NCBI RefSeq assembly: GCF_006345805.1
Contig: NC_043000.1
Location: 18,228,001 to 18,292,000, forward strand
Source of the DNA: Octopus sinensis
Taxonomy: Eukaryota
Length of the DNA stretch: 64,000 bases
Reading direction: 5' to 3'
The notes under the pieces were generated by a model, which saw only the letters and a list, made by a program, of their open reading frames with translations, searched no databases and was not told the DNA's origin. The first letter of the stretch is position 1; each line of letters starts with the position of its first letter. A program made the position numbers and the translations under genes. Below are positions 1 through 12,801 of the stretch, piece after piece.

Positions 1-108
1 TCTTCTGTTGGCCTGCTCGCTTAGCCAGCGGAGTGGCGTCATTCGAAGGCTAAAACAATGCAAATGCATTGTGACCAGCGATGTGTAACATCTGATGGTC
101 TGGTTGGT

Positions 109-115
<7 letters not shown>
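1..115 (+). mobile_element. 3' part of SINE family E
   Basis: Matches the reverse complement of 48530-48770 (ggctaaaacaatgcaaa.gcattgtgaccag.gat.tg), which carries a tRNA-like head. Confidence 0.6.
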
Positions 116-139
<24 letters not shown>

Positions 140-393
140 AATCATATAATATAATATATATATAATTTTATATTGGGCTACAGTAATACTTAATAATGGT
201 TTCTAGCATTTCTAGTTTTGGGAAGTTCTGTGGCATACACACACTGTCAGTAAGTAGGATCAAGAAGCTCATCCAAATGATGTAAAAACATGTAAGGCAG
301 TAGTTGTGATATAAACTAAAAGGTCTAATCCTTATGTTATGCTGAACAATTTTTTTTCAAGTAATCAACCAACCTACATCACATACTGTAATT

Positions 394-824
394 ACTTTAC
401 TCTTTTACTTGTTTCAGTCATTTGACTGCGGCCATGCTGAAGCACCGCCTTTAGTCGAGCAAATCGACCCTGGGACTTATTCTTTTGCAAGCCCAGTACT
501 TATTCTAACAGTCTCTTTTGCCGAACCGCTAAGTGACGGGGACGTAAACACACCAGCATCGGTTGTCAAGCAATGCTAGGGGGACAAACAGACACACACA
601 AACACACACACACACACATACTCTCTCTCTTTACTCTTTTACTAGTTTGTCATTTGACTGCGGCCATGCTGGAGCACCGCCTTCAGTCGAGCAAACCGAC
701 CCCGGGACTTATTCTTTGTAAGCCCAGTACTTATTCTATTGGTCTCTTTTGCCGAACCGCTAAGTGATGGGGACGTAAACACACCAGCATCGGTTGTCAA
801 GCAATGCTAGGGGGACAAACACAG

Positions 825-859
<35 letters not shown>

Positions 860-1030
860 CATGTATACGACAGGCTTCTTTCAGTTTCCGTCTACCAAAT
901 CCACTCACAAGGCATTGGTCGGCCCGGGGCTATAGCAGAAGACACTTGCCCAAGATGCCACGCAGATGGACTGAACCCGGAACCATGTGGTTGGTTAGCA
1001 AGCTACTTACCACATAGCCACTCCTGCGCC
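394..1030 (-). mobile_element. SINE family A (tRNA head, CORE-like cttgggcaagtg, internal TA/CA tract, AAAAGAGT tail); full copy 621-1030 plus tandem extra 3' half 394-620
   Basis: Near-identical to >12 other copies in the window; A/B-box-like tggctgtgtgg...ggttcagtccc on the minus strand. Confidence 0.92.
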
Positions 1031-1434
1031 TATTGGGTAGATTGTCATAACAATGACTTAAAAGAAAGGGTAGGGTGAGATGAATCAAAGACAATAGACT
1101 GCATGAACACCATTCACTGCAGTAATAGATAAAGTTCTACTACCAACCTACCTGACCTAATTAGTGCAGTGAGTAGCAAGACTATGTTGAGGGGGCGGGG
1201 GTCAAGGACATTGTATTATCTAGGGTAAAGAGTGGGTGGCAAAAAGAAAAACATGCTTTGGGAACTGCTATCTATGCGGGACAAAAGGTGGACCGTATGA
1301 TGTATGACAAAGAGTATGATAATGAGTGAGAAAAAAATGATGGATGGATAGATGAAGGTAGAATACCAACAGTAAATAGGGATAGCAGCCAAATTGCCCT
1401 CAAACCATATCCAACCTGTCTTAAAAGAAATAAG

Positions 1435-1665
1435 TATTTCTTTACTACCCACAAGGGGCTAAACACAGAGGGGACAAACAAGGACAGACAAACGGATTAA
1501 GTGGATTACATCAACCCCAGTGCGTAACTGGTACTTAATTTATCGACCCCGAAAGGATGAAAGGCAAAGTCGACCTCGGCGGAATTTGAACCTAGAACGT
1601 AACGGCAGACGAAATACGGCTACGCATTTCGCCCGGTGTGTTAACGTTTCTGCCAGCTCGCCGCC
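1435..1665 (-). mobile_element. SINE family C (Nin-domain-like) with ~20-bp TSD
   Basis: Core gcctttcatcctttcggggtcgataaattaagtaccag on minus; cctgtcttaaaagaaataag at 1415-1434 and 1664-1683. Confidence 0.9.
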
Positions 1666-1789
1666 TGTCTTAAAAGAAATAAGGACACATTAGACAGCCG
1701 TGTAGATTTAGATATTCAAAAAGAAGGGACAGCTATGACTAGAATGCTTTTGATCAATGTTTTTAAATCAATAAGGTTTACAGAAACCA

Positions 1790-2010
1790 TAACATCAGTG
1801 AGCCAATGAGAGAGCTTCTTATGTGGCTGTTTGACCCACTACGAGTAAAAGCCTTGATTTCCCCTCTGCTAAAGGACACATTGGATAATAATGTAGTTCT
1901 AGATACCACCATGTCTGAATGTATAGGATTGATAGTCACAGCTGGAATGCCTTTGATCATAGGCTTACTATCTCTGAGCTGACCTGGGGCTGAAAAACTA
2001 CAACAACACA
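1790..2010 (+). mobile_element. Old dispersed repeat family F (other copies near 3300, 7240, 13970, 17570, 22060, 26430, 34430)
   Basis: Recurring motif gaaatagcagccaaat...ggacacattggataatgtag...ggaatgcctttgatcatagg...ctgacctggggctaaacaacaac. Confidence 0.65.
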
Positions 2011-4334
2011 AACTATCATCAAACGGTATGGAAGTTACATGCAATAAATAAGATAATTGAAGTACCATCTTATAGGTTGTAGGTTAAAATTCTGAATTGG
2101 CATTTTACAGCATTTCTCAGCAGAGCATCTAATTCTACATGCCTCAATTCATTTATCTGTATAGGGAATATGTGACAGGAGTCTGGAGATGTTAACAACA
2201 ATAGACTGCCTTATATCACAAAGTTAATACTACTGAATGTGAATCTAACTACTGCTTTCATGAGCCCCTGCAGATGAGAAAAAGTTTAGACAGAAAATAA
2301 GAAAACAGTGTTTTTATTCTTCCTGCAATAATGGTAAATACATTTAGATGTAGCAGACTGAACATAAATGTAATTAATATTCATAAAGTGCATTTTGTTT
2401 GATGTTGCAGTCAATAATTCACCATGATCGATTAAGTTAAAACCTAATCAATCATCTATTAAGATAGCAAAGATATATATTTTTAAGACCAAAAATTAAA
2501 TTGCAATCACCAAACATTTAATACTCCCACCAAACCCTACATTTAATGTAAATACAATGTAATGTACATGTAATAAAAATACAATTAAATAATTTGACTT
2601 GTATCAACATTTCTGATTGTTGTGACATACAGAGTTAGTTTCTAAAATTTCATATTTAAAGTATTTTAAAGAGACAATACAGCTATTATTAAAATACACA
2701 CAGACACACACATGTGCATGCATGCACAGAATTTGTTACTAGGTTATGAGTTAAGTGCATTTGTAATAGTTTCATATCTTTAATACTGCTAAATGTCGGT
2801 TTTAGAATATTAATTTCCACTGTAATATGTTTTTGTTCTCTTTTGTTGTATGTTTGCAACATCAACAAAAAGTATTAAACTTGCTTACTACACACAGCAG
2901 CTTATCAAATATATAAAATACAAGATGATTCCGTCTCTATGACTAACAGATGGTGCTGATGCTACCATGCTAATAATAATAATAGTAATAATATTAATAA
3001 AACTATAATTCATGATAAAGAAGATGATAACCACATGTGAAACACATGATAACCACATGATGTTTTACTTTGTTTTTAATAAGATGTTTTCATTGACATT
3101 TGATCTGTGTTAATTATAATTTTCTGTAGTGAAATAATAAATTATATTTGATTAGACATGAGACTACATTTGTAGGAACAGGGAACATACATCAACTAAA
3201 TTGTTTTGTTTTAATAACAGAACCCTTAAGCGATGTCTTAACCCATATCAGACATACTTAATTTATTCAGAAGTAATCATTTCTTTCCTCTCTCTCTCTC
3301 TGTTGCTGTTGTTTTGTCCTATGTCAGCTCTGATATAGCAGACTTATGAAGAAGAAAAAACATCCCTGCATGACCACCCTGTCTTTTAATCATAATGTAT
3401 CTAGGATATATTATTCAATGTGCCAGTTAAGATTGTAGGGATTGCAAAGATTTCTTAAAATGACAGAAAAAAAAAGTTGTTTTTAGTTTGCATTGCCTAA
3501 CTACAATAAAGGAAGCCTTGGAAAAGAATAAACAGACAATACTGTTTGGAATGTGGCAAAAGTGAATTCAAAATCTTAGTCTTTGATGATGCAGCAGCAC
3601 AAATAACAACAACAATGATCATAATAATTGTTTCAAATATAAGCATAAGGCCTGAAATCTGGGAAAAGGAGTTAATCAATTACTTTGATCTTGGTACTTG
3701 ACTGGTACTTTATTTTACCAAAACAAATCCATTCACAAGGCTTTGGTCAGCCCAAAGACATAGTAGAAGACACTTGCCCAAGGTTCCACACAGTGGGGCT
3801 GAACCCAGAACCATGTAACTGGGAAGCAGGCTTCTTACCAGATATCCATGCCTGATATAAACCTCTCAAGTTCTATGATACAACTTCACTGTTTTAAAAC
3901 AATCTAAAATAAAACCTAACCAAATCTCATGTTGATTTATGTTTAACACACTAACGCAATAATGGCAGTTATTTTACAAAATTCTTCATCCATTTCCATT
4001 CCATCCATTTTCACCACCCACTATTCCTGGAAGGGTCATGGAAGTAGTCAGTCCTTAGGCACCTCCTCCATAGGGTCTGATGTAAAACAACTAAAATCAA
4101 ACTTTCCTAAATTCTTCCTTATTTTCAAAATTTATGGAAACTAAGGCAGCATATTTTAATAGGAATAGTGAACAATATTGGTATTTATATGGTACAATGT
4201 TGGTACTTATTGTATGAGTGACCCATAGTCAACCTCAATGTGCTCTGAACTCAGATTCTAATGGTGACATACATTAGAATTGAACCAGGAAATCTGTGAT
4301 TGAGAAGCAAACTTAACTAGTAAATGATGTGTGG

Positions 4335-4705
4335 TGGAAGCACTCTGTCGGTTACGACGACGAGGGTTCCGGTTGATCCGATCAATGGAACAGCCTGCTC
4401 GTGAAATTAACGTGTAAGTGGCTGAGCACTCCACAGACACGTGTACCTTTAACGTAGTTCTCGGAGATATTCAGCGTGACAAGGCCGGCCCTTTGAAATA
4501 CAGGTACAACAGAAACAGGAAGTAAGAGTGAGAGAAAGTTGTGGTGAAAGAGTACAGCAGGGATCACCACCATCCCCTGCTGGAGCCTCGTGGAGCTTTA
4601 GGTGTTTTCGCTCAATAAACACTCACAGCGCCTGGTCTGGGAATCGAAACCGCGATCCTACGACCGCGAGTCCGCTGCCCTAACCACTGGGCCATTGCGC
4701 CTCCA
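4335..4705 (-). mobile_element. SINE family B (tRNA-derived head) with 11-bp TSD gtaaatgatgt
   Basis: Head ggaggcgcaatggcccagtggttagggcagcggactcgcgg...ggtttcgattccc; six near-identical copies; TSD at 4320-4330 and 4708-4718. Confidence 0.92.
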
Positions 4706-5169
4706 CTGTAAATGATGTAACCCATCCCTTACACAGCTATAGACATAATAATTAATGGCTCACTAAATCATATCAACCACAATAAAAATAAACATTTTAG
4801 AAATTATTTTCAGTTCTCATCATACAATTAGTTACAGTGTGTTGCTAATTGTACATCCACTATAACACAACACTTTATCACCACCTCAGTTTATTTAATA
4901 CTCTCACCACTAACTCATACAGTTGTTTTACATGGCTAACACCAACTATCTTACCCACTTTATTGTTTTGATTAAACATAAAACAATTTCAGTTGTGTTT
5001 CCCAGACTACAAAATAAGAGTATAAAATAGTATACAAAAAAAAACAAACATTAGAAACAAAACTATACAGTCAAGTATAATTAACATGTGTCTGATTTCT
5101 TTACACCAAAACACTGATTTTGAAGAGTCAAATGTTGCAATTAAGGCCAACTATGGTTGAGGTTAAAGT

Positions 5170-5191
5170 CAATTAGACAATATAAACACAC

Positions 5192-5226
<35 letters not shown>

Positions 5227-5860
5227 ACACACACACACATAAAATATATATAAACTCACACACACAATATATATATATATATATATATATATACTCTTTA
5301 CTCTTTTACTTGTTTCAGTCATTTGACTGCGGCCATGCTGGAGCACCACCTTTAGTCGAGCAACTAGACCCAAGGACTTATTCTTTGTAAGCCCAGTACT
5401 TATTCTATCGGTCTCTTTTGCCGAACCGCTAAGTGACGGGGACATAAACACGCCAGCATCGGTTGTTAAGCAATGCTAGGGGGACAAACACATACATATA
5501 TACATATATGTACATATATACGACAGGCTTCTTTCAGTTTCCGTCTACCAAGTCCACTCACAAGGCATTGGTCGGCCCGGGGCTATAGCAGAAGACACTT
5601 GCCCAAAATGCCACGCAGTGGGACTGAACCTGGAACCATGTGGTTGGTTAGCAAGATACTTACCACACAGCCACTCCTGCACCTATATATATATAAACAT
5701 ACACACACATAAAATATATATAAACACACACACATAAAATATATATAAACACACACACATAAAATATATATAAACGCACATAAAATATATATAAACACAC
5801 GTAAAAAATATAAATACACATAAAATATAAACATACATACACACACACACACCGCAAAAA
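5170..5860. repeat. ~24-bp TA/CA-derived tandem array (atataaacacacacacataaaat) split by a SINE A copy
   Basis: Units visible at 5170-5290 and 5685-5860. Confidence 0.8.
5293..5683 (-). mobile_element. SINE family A
   Basis: Full-length match to family consensus. Confidence 0.92.
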
Positions 5861-6279
5861 TACATATTATTGAAAGTATTAAAGATTTAATTTAAATTAA
5901 CTTATGATTTTATTAGAAACAGAATTATATGATGATCCCATGCTGGCTTAGGCTGGATAATCTGAGAGTGGTTGGTAAGCCAGAAGACTGCATGTACTAA
6001 GCTTCACTGCTTGCTTTGTCATGGTTTCTGCATCTGGACGCCCTTCCAAATGCCAACCACTTTACAGAATGTACCAAGTGCTTTTTTGTGGCACCAGCAC
6101 CAGCAGAATAAAAAAAACATTTATTGGTGAAAGGATTCAATACATGGATACAGAGTCAAATTTATTACTAAGCAAAGTGGTTGATGTTCAAGGTATGTTT
6201 AATGGAATGTTTAACCAGTCTTGATATAAATTTAGCAAAAATAAATGTTCTGAAACCAAAATCAAAAATTTTCTCAATA

Positions 6280-6677
6280 GGCGCAGGAGTGGCTGTGTGG
6301 TAAGTGTCTTGCTTACCAACCACATGTTTCCGGGTTCAGTTCCACTGCATGGCACCTTGGGCAAGTGTCTTCTACTATAGCCTCGGGCTGACCAAAGCCT
6401 AGTGAGTGGATTTGGTAGACGGAAACCAAAAGAAGTCTCTTGTATATATGTATATGTATGTGTGTGTATATGCTTGTGTATCTGTGTTTGTCCCCCCCAA
6501 CATCACTTGACAACTGATGCTGGTGTGTTTACGTCCCCGTAACTTAGCGGTTCGGCAAAGTGACCGATAGAATAAGTACTAGGCTTACAAAGAATAAGTC
6601 CTGGGGTCGATTTGCTCGACTAAAGTCGGTGCTCCAGCATGGCCACAGTCAAATGACTGAAGCAAGTAAAAGAGTAA
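6280..6677 (+). mobile_element. SINE family A
   Basis: ggcgcaggagtggctgtgtgg ... aagtaaaagagt. Confidence 0.92.
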
Positions 6678-6819
6678 GGTTTTTTCATTAAAGAAAAAAT
6701 ATTATTAGAACTCCATTTAATTATTAGAATTCCACTTGGAGTGTTTACTCAATTAGCTGTCCTAGAGTGACAGCGGTATTTTCTCTCCAAAACACTAATT
6801 GCAAAATTATATCATTTAA

Positions 6820-7197
6820 TCCATTAGCATTTAACCTGGCCATATCCAGCCAAAATATTCTACATGCTTTATGCTAAAACTGGCCATTGGAATCTCGAAG
6901 CTACAAGATAATGCATGATTAATTCAAAACAATGTGAATAAATAAGCATTACATTTGACAAAGAAATCTGGATGCTACAAGGTCAGCATTTAAACTGGCT
7001 ATATCCAGCCCAAATATTCTATTTGTTTTATATTAAAACTGGCCAGATCTGGCCTCTGCCATCTACCCTGCAATGTCTTTCAAAAAATACAGAATCACAT
7101 CATTGAATTCTCGAAGCTATGTTATAATGCATGATTAATTCAAAACAATGTGAATAAATAAGTATTACATTTGACAAAATATCTGAATGCTAAAGGG
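6820..7197 (+). mobile_element. piggyBac-type MITE, internally duplicated (about 1.7 units)
   Basis: TTAA flanks, ctaaaggg end; homologous to 22814-23034 and 33638-33858. Confidence 0.8.
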
Positions 7198-7903
7198 TTA
7201 ATGATAGTCACAAATGTTGACTTAGGTTGCTACTGATGTTGATTAGCTTCAGTTCAGCCCTGATCCACCAAACCTATAATGAAAAGAATTCCAGTAATGA
7301 TAAGCCAAATTCAGACCATTGGATCAAGCAGTCCTAAATGAACTGTCTTCCTTTCTGTATTTTTTTAACTTCATTTTATCTTAATAGTAAGGTGTGTTCG
7401 AAGGAAATTTGGCTACTTTTCCAAGCAAATTGAATGAACATTGTAGAATCTTCCTGACTGGCTTTAATTCAAGCCAGTCAAAAGAGTGACACTCCAAGTG
7501 CTGAAGTTATATCAAGATTAGTTAAACACCAATCTCTTTGCTTAATAATAAATCTGACCCTACATCCAAGTATTTAATCCTTTCACCAATAAATGTCTGT
7601 TATTCTGCTGGTGCCACATAAAAAGCAGCCAGTCCATTCTGTAAAGTGATTAGCAATGGGGAAGTATCCAGCAGTAGAAACCATGCCAAAGCAGGAAGCA
7701 GAGCCTTGGTGCAGTCTTCTGGTTCACCAGCTCCTGTCAATTTGTCCAACCCATGCCAGCATGGAAAACAGACATTAGATGATGATGATTCTTTAATTAA
7801 CAAACCTTGATTTTTTATATATATTTGTATGTGTGTGGCTGTGTGTGAGTGAGTGAATTTATGTATGTATGTATGTATGTATATATGTATGTGTGTGTAT
7901 GTA

Positions 7904-7952
<49 letters not shown>

Positions 7953-8019
7953 GTGTGTGCGTGTCTGTATAGATGTTTGGTCTAAATGGCCACATGACTT
8001 TGTATGATCATACACTCAC

Positions 8020-8291
8020 ACTATGAACCTTAAAAGTACATAGCGTCAGCCTTAGCATTCGGGTAGCCAGATAATTCTGAGGCAAATGCTTTGAAGCATG
8101 AAAAACATGAAAAGCACCTTCCCTCCACGCCACTCCCCATATGGAACAGGCAACACCAGGTGACATCCAACTGAGTGATTGATTATATAACATTTGCACA
8201 GCTTCAGTTGAGTGAGGATGACTATATACTGTTTGAAGGTGTTCACAATGTTGTTCCGTTCTCAATTTAACAAACTGAAGTCTGGGTGAGT
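8020..8291 (-). other. Candidate internal exon (272 bp)
   Basis: Unique sequence bounded by aatttcactgcAG| and |GTgagt on minus; one frame open throughout (DSPRLQFVK...FKVHS) but no recognisable domain. Confidence 0.35.
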
Positions 8292-9486
8292 CTGCAGTGA
8301 AATTTAAATGTGATGATGTCATTCAATATATTACAATCAATTCTTTAGGTTGTTTGTATAGCCCAAGGTTAGCAAACAGGCCTACAATCAAATATACTCC
8401 AGCCTTAATTGTTTTTCCATTTTTTTTTTATATCTATGACTACTTTGAGCAAATGCATACTTCCTTTTTTAAAAAGATAGATATGACTTAAAGATGTTTT
8501 GGTTGTTATTTCTAGCAAATTGTGTCACCATCTAGTGACTCCCATACTGATGTGTCTTGAGGTTAAATAACTTAACTGGATACTAGAAAAAACAACCAAA
8601 GACTCCTTCAAATCTATGCAGTCTTTTTTTAAAGAGTGGGAGGGCACTTTGTATTTATTTTAAAACCTTCAATTGAAGAGGGGAGACATAAACCCATCAC
8701 CTTTTAGTGGGTCATCACGATGGGTAAAACGAGTCCTCAGACTGGAGACCTAACCTGATAACATACAAAAGGTACCCAAGATGCCGGGTGATGGTATTAA
8801 ACTGGGTGAAGGATTAAGTCTACCACTTAAATAGGCCATAATAGGATTTGAAATCAGAATGCAAAGAACTGGAACAAATACCAAAATGCATCAGGTTTCA
8901 CAATTTTCAACAGTTCCAGCAATCCTATGGCTACACTGATTTTACAATCAATCGTTTGATCAATAAGATGATTTAATGCATGGGGAGGGAAGGAGGTGGG
9001 GGTTTAAACACATGGTGTCTGTAAAAAAAGCAATGTAAACTAAATAAATAAATATAAGGCTGATCACAGCTGTGATGTCCTTTGGTCACTGATCTACTTA
9101 ATCAGAGCTGACCAACAGCTAACCAATAACTTAAAGTACTCAATTTGTGTGTATGAAAGTGCATATGTTCTGTCTGTATTAGTGTATATAATAATTAAAA
9201 TGAAAATGATTTCAAATTTTGGCACAAGGCCACAATGATAATAATAACTGGATCCTGTCAAACTGTCCAACCCATGCCAGCATGGAAAATGGACTTTAAT
9301 TGAATAATAGTAATTCTTTCTATTATAGATGCAAGGCCTGAAATTTTATGGGACGGGGATAGTCAATTACATTGACCCCAGTACTTGAATACTACTAATT
9401 TTCTTGACCCTGAAAGGATGAAAGGCAAGTCGGCTTCAACGAAATTTGAACTCTAAAGAGCCAGAAGAAATTAATAATACTAATAA

Positions 9487-10115
9487 TTGTATGAATGACC
9501 ACACAAGTGCATCGGACCTCTGTAGAATGTGTGGGAAGAGGGTTGAAAGTGTGATTCACATTGTCAGTGCTTGTGAAAATCTTGTGGAGAAAGAGTACAA
9601 GCATAGACACAACAAAGTAGCCCCAAACCTCCACTGGCTACTATGTTGTAAGTATGGATGAAAAGGGGAAGGCAAAAATCCTCTGGGACTTTGATTTCCA
9701 GACAGACAAAGTGTTAGAGCACAAACAAAAGTGCTTAATAATTGATGTAGCAGTGCCAGGAGATCAACATATCACCATGAAAGAAAGAGAAAAAGTTGAT
9801 AAATATGGAAACCTGAGAATTGAGATCACTAAGATGTGGCAGCTATGAGAGTGGAACATTAATGTTATCCCTGTTGTCATTGGAGCATTGGGTTCGATAC
9901 CACCCGATCTAAAAAAATAAAACATCTAAAAATCTTAGAGCTACCCTGCAATTTAGCTGTATTGCAAACACAGGCATTACTTGGAACTGCATGCATATTG
10001 CATAAAGTACTCTCTGCCTGAGATCCTTGTTGTTACTTGACAAACAGTACAAACCTCCAGTAGACACAATATCTTCAATCAACAACCTCATGATATTGTA
10101 TACTATGTGATGTCT
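9487..10115 (+). mobile_element. R4/Dong-clade non-LTR retrotransposon 3' relic (zinc knuckle plus restriction-like endonuclease)
   Basis: CRMCGKRVESVIHIVSAC, YKHRHNKVA, KILWDFDFQTD, IIDVAVP, EKVDKY, IPVVIGALG; internal deletions and stops; (AAT)n at both ends. Confidence 0.9.
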
Positions 10116-10129
10116 ATAATAATAATAAA

Positions 10130-10332
10130 TTTTGCCACAAGGGCAGCAATTAGCACGAAGGGATGAGTTGATTACAACAACCTCAGTGTTCAACTGATAC
10201 TTATTTCACTGACCCTGGAACGATGAAAGGTAAAGTTGACCTCGGCAGAATTTGAACTCAGAATATAAAGATGGGGGAAATACCGCTAAGCATTTCATCC
10301 AGTGCATTAATGACTCTGCCAGCTCACCGCCT
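10130..10332 (-). mobile_element. SINE family C (ATT-tailed subtype); further copies at 9315-9470 and 10820-11000
   Basis: gatgaaaggtaaagttgacctcggcagaatttgaactcag...gccagctcaccgcct. Confidence 0.85.
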
Positions 10333-10404
10333 TAATAATAATAATAATAATAACAACAATAATAATAATAATAACTATTTCAAAGTTATTATTAATATTA
10401 TCAT

Positions 10405-10800
10405 TTTGAAATAGAAATTAGCAAAATGTGGAATCTGAAGACTAAAACAATACCTGTTGTCCTAGGTGCCCTGGGAATGATAGCAAAAGGGGCTGATTGC
10501 TACCTAGCTCAAATACCAGGAACCCTAAAATGGCAGAAATTCAAAAGATAGTGCTCATGGGAACTGCCCATATCCTATGCAAAATACTTTCTATGTAATC
10601 TCAAGTTTTAAAACAAACACATAATTTTCTTATGGTTTCTTAAACATTCTCTAGAACAATACTATGTACAAAACCAAATATATGACACCCTAGGCATAAC
10701 ACCAACATGAACTTCCAACTTGTCTCTTGAGGTCCCTGGGTGAGACTTGGAGCCAACTTGTACAAATGTAAAACAAAAGTCCAACATGAAATAATAATAA
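10405..10800 (+). mobile_element. Second R4/Dong-type 3' relic (different subfamily)
   Basis: EIEISKMWNLKTKTIPVVLGALG...EIQKIVLMGTAHILCKILSM*, 3' UTR, (AAT)n tail. Confidence 0.85.
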
Positions 10801-11133
10801 TGATAATGAATGATAATGATTTCAAATTTTAGTACAAGGCCAGAAATTTCAGGGAAGCAGGATAAGTCATTTACATCAACCCCAGGGCTTGACTGGTACT
10901 TATTTTATTGACCCTGAAATGATGAAAGGCGAAGTCAGTCATAGTGGAACTTAAACCCAGAACATAAAGATGGACAAAACTGCAGCTAAGCCTTTTTACC
11001 TAATAACAACATATATAGATGTAGAACACCAACAGGGTGGGTCCACCCCACCCTAAATCCCCAGGGACACAATGCTACTGGCATGAAACTATCAAAGAAA
11101 AAGAAAATAATGATATATAAATAAATATTATTA

Positions 11134-11592
11134 TTGCCAGCCTCGCCTGGCCCCCGTGCCGGTGGCACGTAAAAAGCACCATCCGTCCATGGCCGTTTGC
11201 CAGCCTTGCCTGGCCCCCGTGCTGGTGGCACGTAAAAAGCACCACCCGACCGTGTCTGTTGCCAGCACCGCCCCGACTGGCCTCCGTGCCAGTGGCACGT
11301 AAAAAGCACCATCCGATCGTGGCCGTTGCCAGCCTCGCCTGGCCCCCATGCCGGTGGCACGTAAAAAGCACCATCCAATCGTGGCCGTTTGCCAGCTCCG
11401 TCTGGCACCTGTGCGGGTGGCACGTAAAAAGCACCCACTACACTCACGGAGTGGTTGGCGTTAGGAAGGGCATCCAGCCGTAGAAACACTGCCAGATCAG
11501 ACTGGGCCTGGTGCAGCCTTCTGGCTTCCCAGACCCCAGTTGAACCGTCCAACCCATGCTAGCATGGAAAGCAGACGCTAAATGATGATGAT
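11134..11592 (+). mobile_element. SINE family D (Meta-domain-like core, (GAT)n tail) with five ~62-bp 5' modules
   Basis: gttggcgttaggaagggcatccagccgtagaaa core; repeated ggtggcacgtaaaaagcacc modules. Confidence 0.85.
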
Positions 11593-11707
11593 AAGAAAAG
11601 TCAGTATTTCATATACCTAAGTAGGCAGGAGAAAAATGAAACCTCTGAACTTAAATGCTCTGGACCTTTAAGAATCCTTTAAGTATTTAGAAGGAATCCC
11701 TTGTTGT

Positions 11708-11721
11708 TGTAGTAGTAGTAA

Positions 11722-11762
<41 letters not shown>

Positions 11763-11830
11763 AAAGTAGTAGTAGTAGTAGTAAAAGTAGTAGTAGTAGT
11801 AGTAGTAGTAGTAAAAGTAGTAGTAGTAGA
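11708..11830. repeat. (AGT)n microsatellite with AAA interruptions
   Basis: Direct reading. Confidence 0.95.
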
Positions 11831-12228
11831 ACTTTATCCACTGCCACTACTGCATACCACATGCTAAAGAGTGGGGGATGGGGGTGCTATTTATTTATTC
11901 TTGACACTAAATCAACACAAAACCACTAATCCTTTTTTTAAGGAAAATAATTACATTCAAGTCAAATGGATTAGTACACCTCACCATCCTTTCCCGCCAC
12001 AGTTTATTAATGATAACAATTTCTTTTTTTTTTCTTTCCTGTGATATAACCATTGGTTAAACTGATCTTATGATTTAATCATTCAATAAAGATAAACGAT
12101 TTGATAGATCGAACAGTTGATCCATCACTGAATTTGATTTCAGAGCTGGAGCAAGTGTCAATCAGAGGGGATGAAAGCAGCTGTTGATGACAATGGTGGT
12201 GGTGGTGGTGGTAATTGTAATAATAATC

Positions 12229-12465
12229 AGGCGGCAAGCTGGCACAAACGGTGGTTAGCACGCCGGGCGAAATGCGTAGCCATATTTCGTCTGCCGCTAC
12301 GTTCTGAGTTCAAATTCCGCCGAGGTCGACTTTGCTTTTCATCCTTTCGGGGTCGATAAATTAAGTACCAGTTTCGCACTGGGGTCGATCTAATCGACTT
12401 AACCCGTTTGTCTGTCCTTGTTTGTCCCCTCTGTGTTTAGCCCCTTGTGGGTAGTAAAGAAATAG
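12229..12465 (+). mobile_element. SINE family C, full length
   Basis: aggcggcaagctggcac...gagttcaaattcc...gggtagtaaagaaatag. Confidence 0.9.
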
Positions 12466-12801
12466 ATTGTAATAATAATGTAGTAACTAAATGGTAAAGT
12501 GAGTGTACGTACGTACATGTGTGTGTGTGTCTGCTTGTCTCTGTACATGTGCATACTTGTGTGTTTAGATGTGTGTGTGTGTGTAGTAATTAATAGTCTT
12601 AGCACCTACACAAAGAATGGTAAATGACACCCACCTGCCAACTTCTATGTAGTAGTAGTAGTAGTAGTAATAGTAGTAGTCTCTCACCTATACTAGAATG
12701 AGAGATGAAGATAGATAGATAAAGAGAGAGAGAGAGTGAGAAAGCAAAAGAAAGCAGTAGCAGCAGCAGTAGTAGTAGTAGTAGTAGTAGTAGTAACTCA
12801 C

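Noticed and set aside
11134-11430. Repeat-spacer appearance of family D modules
   Set aside because: Intervening parts are homologous to each other and recur in dispersed copies
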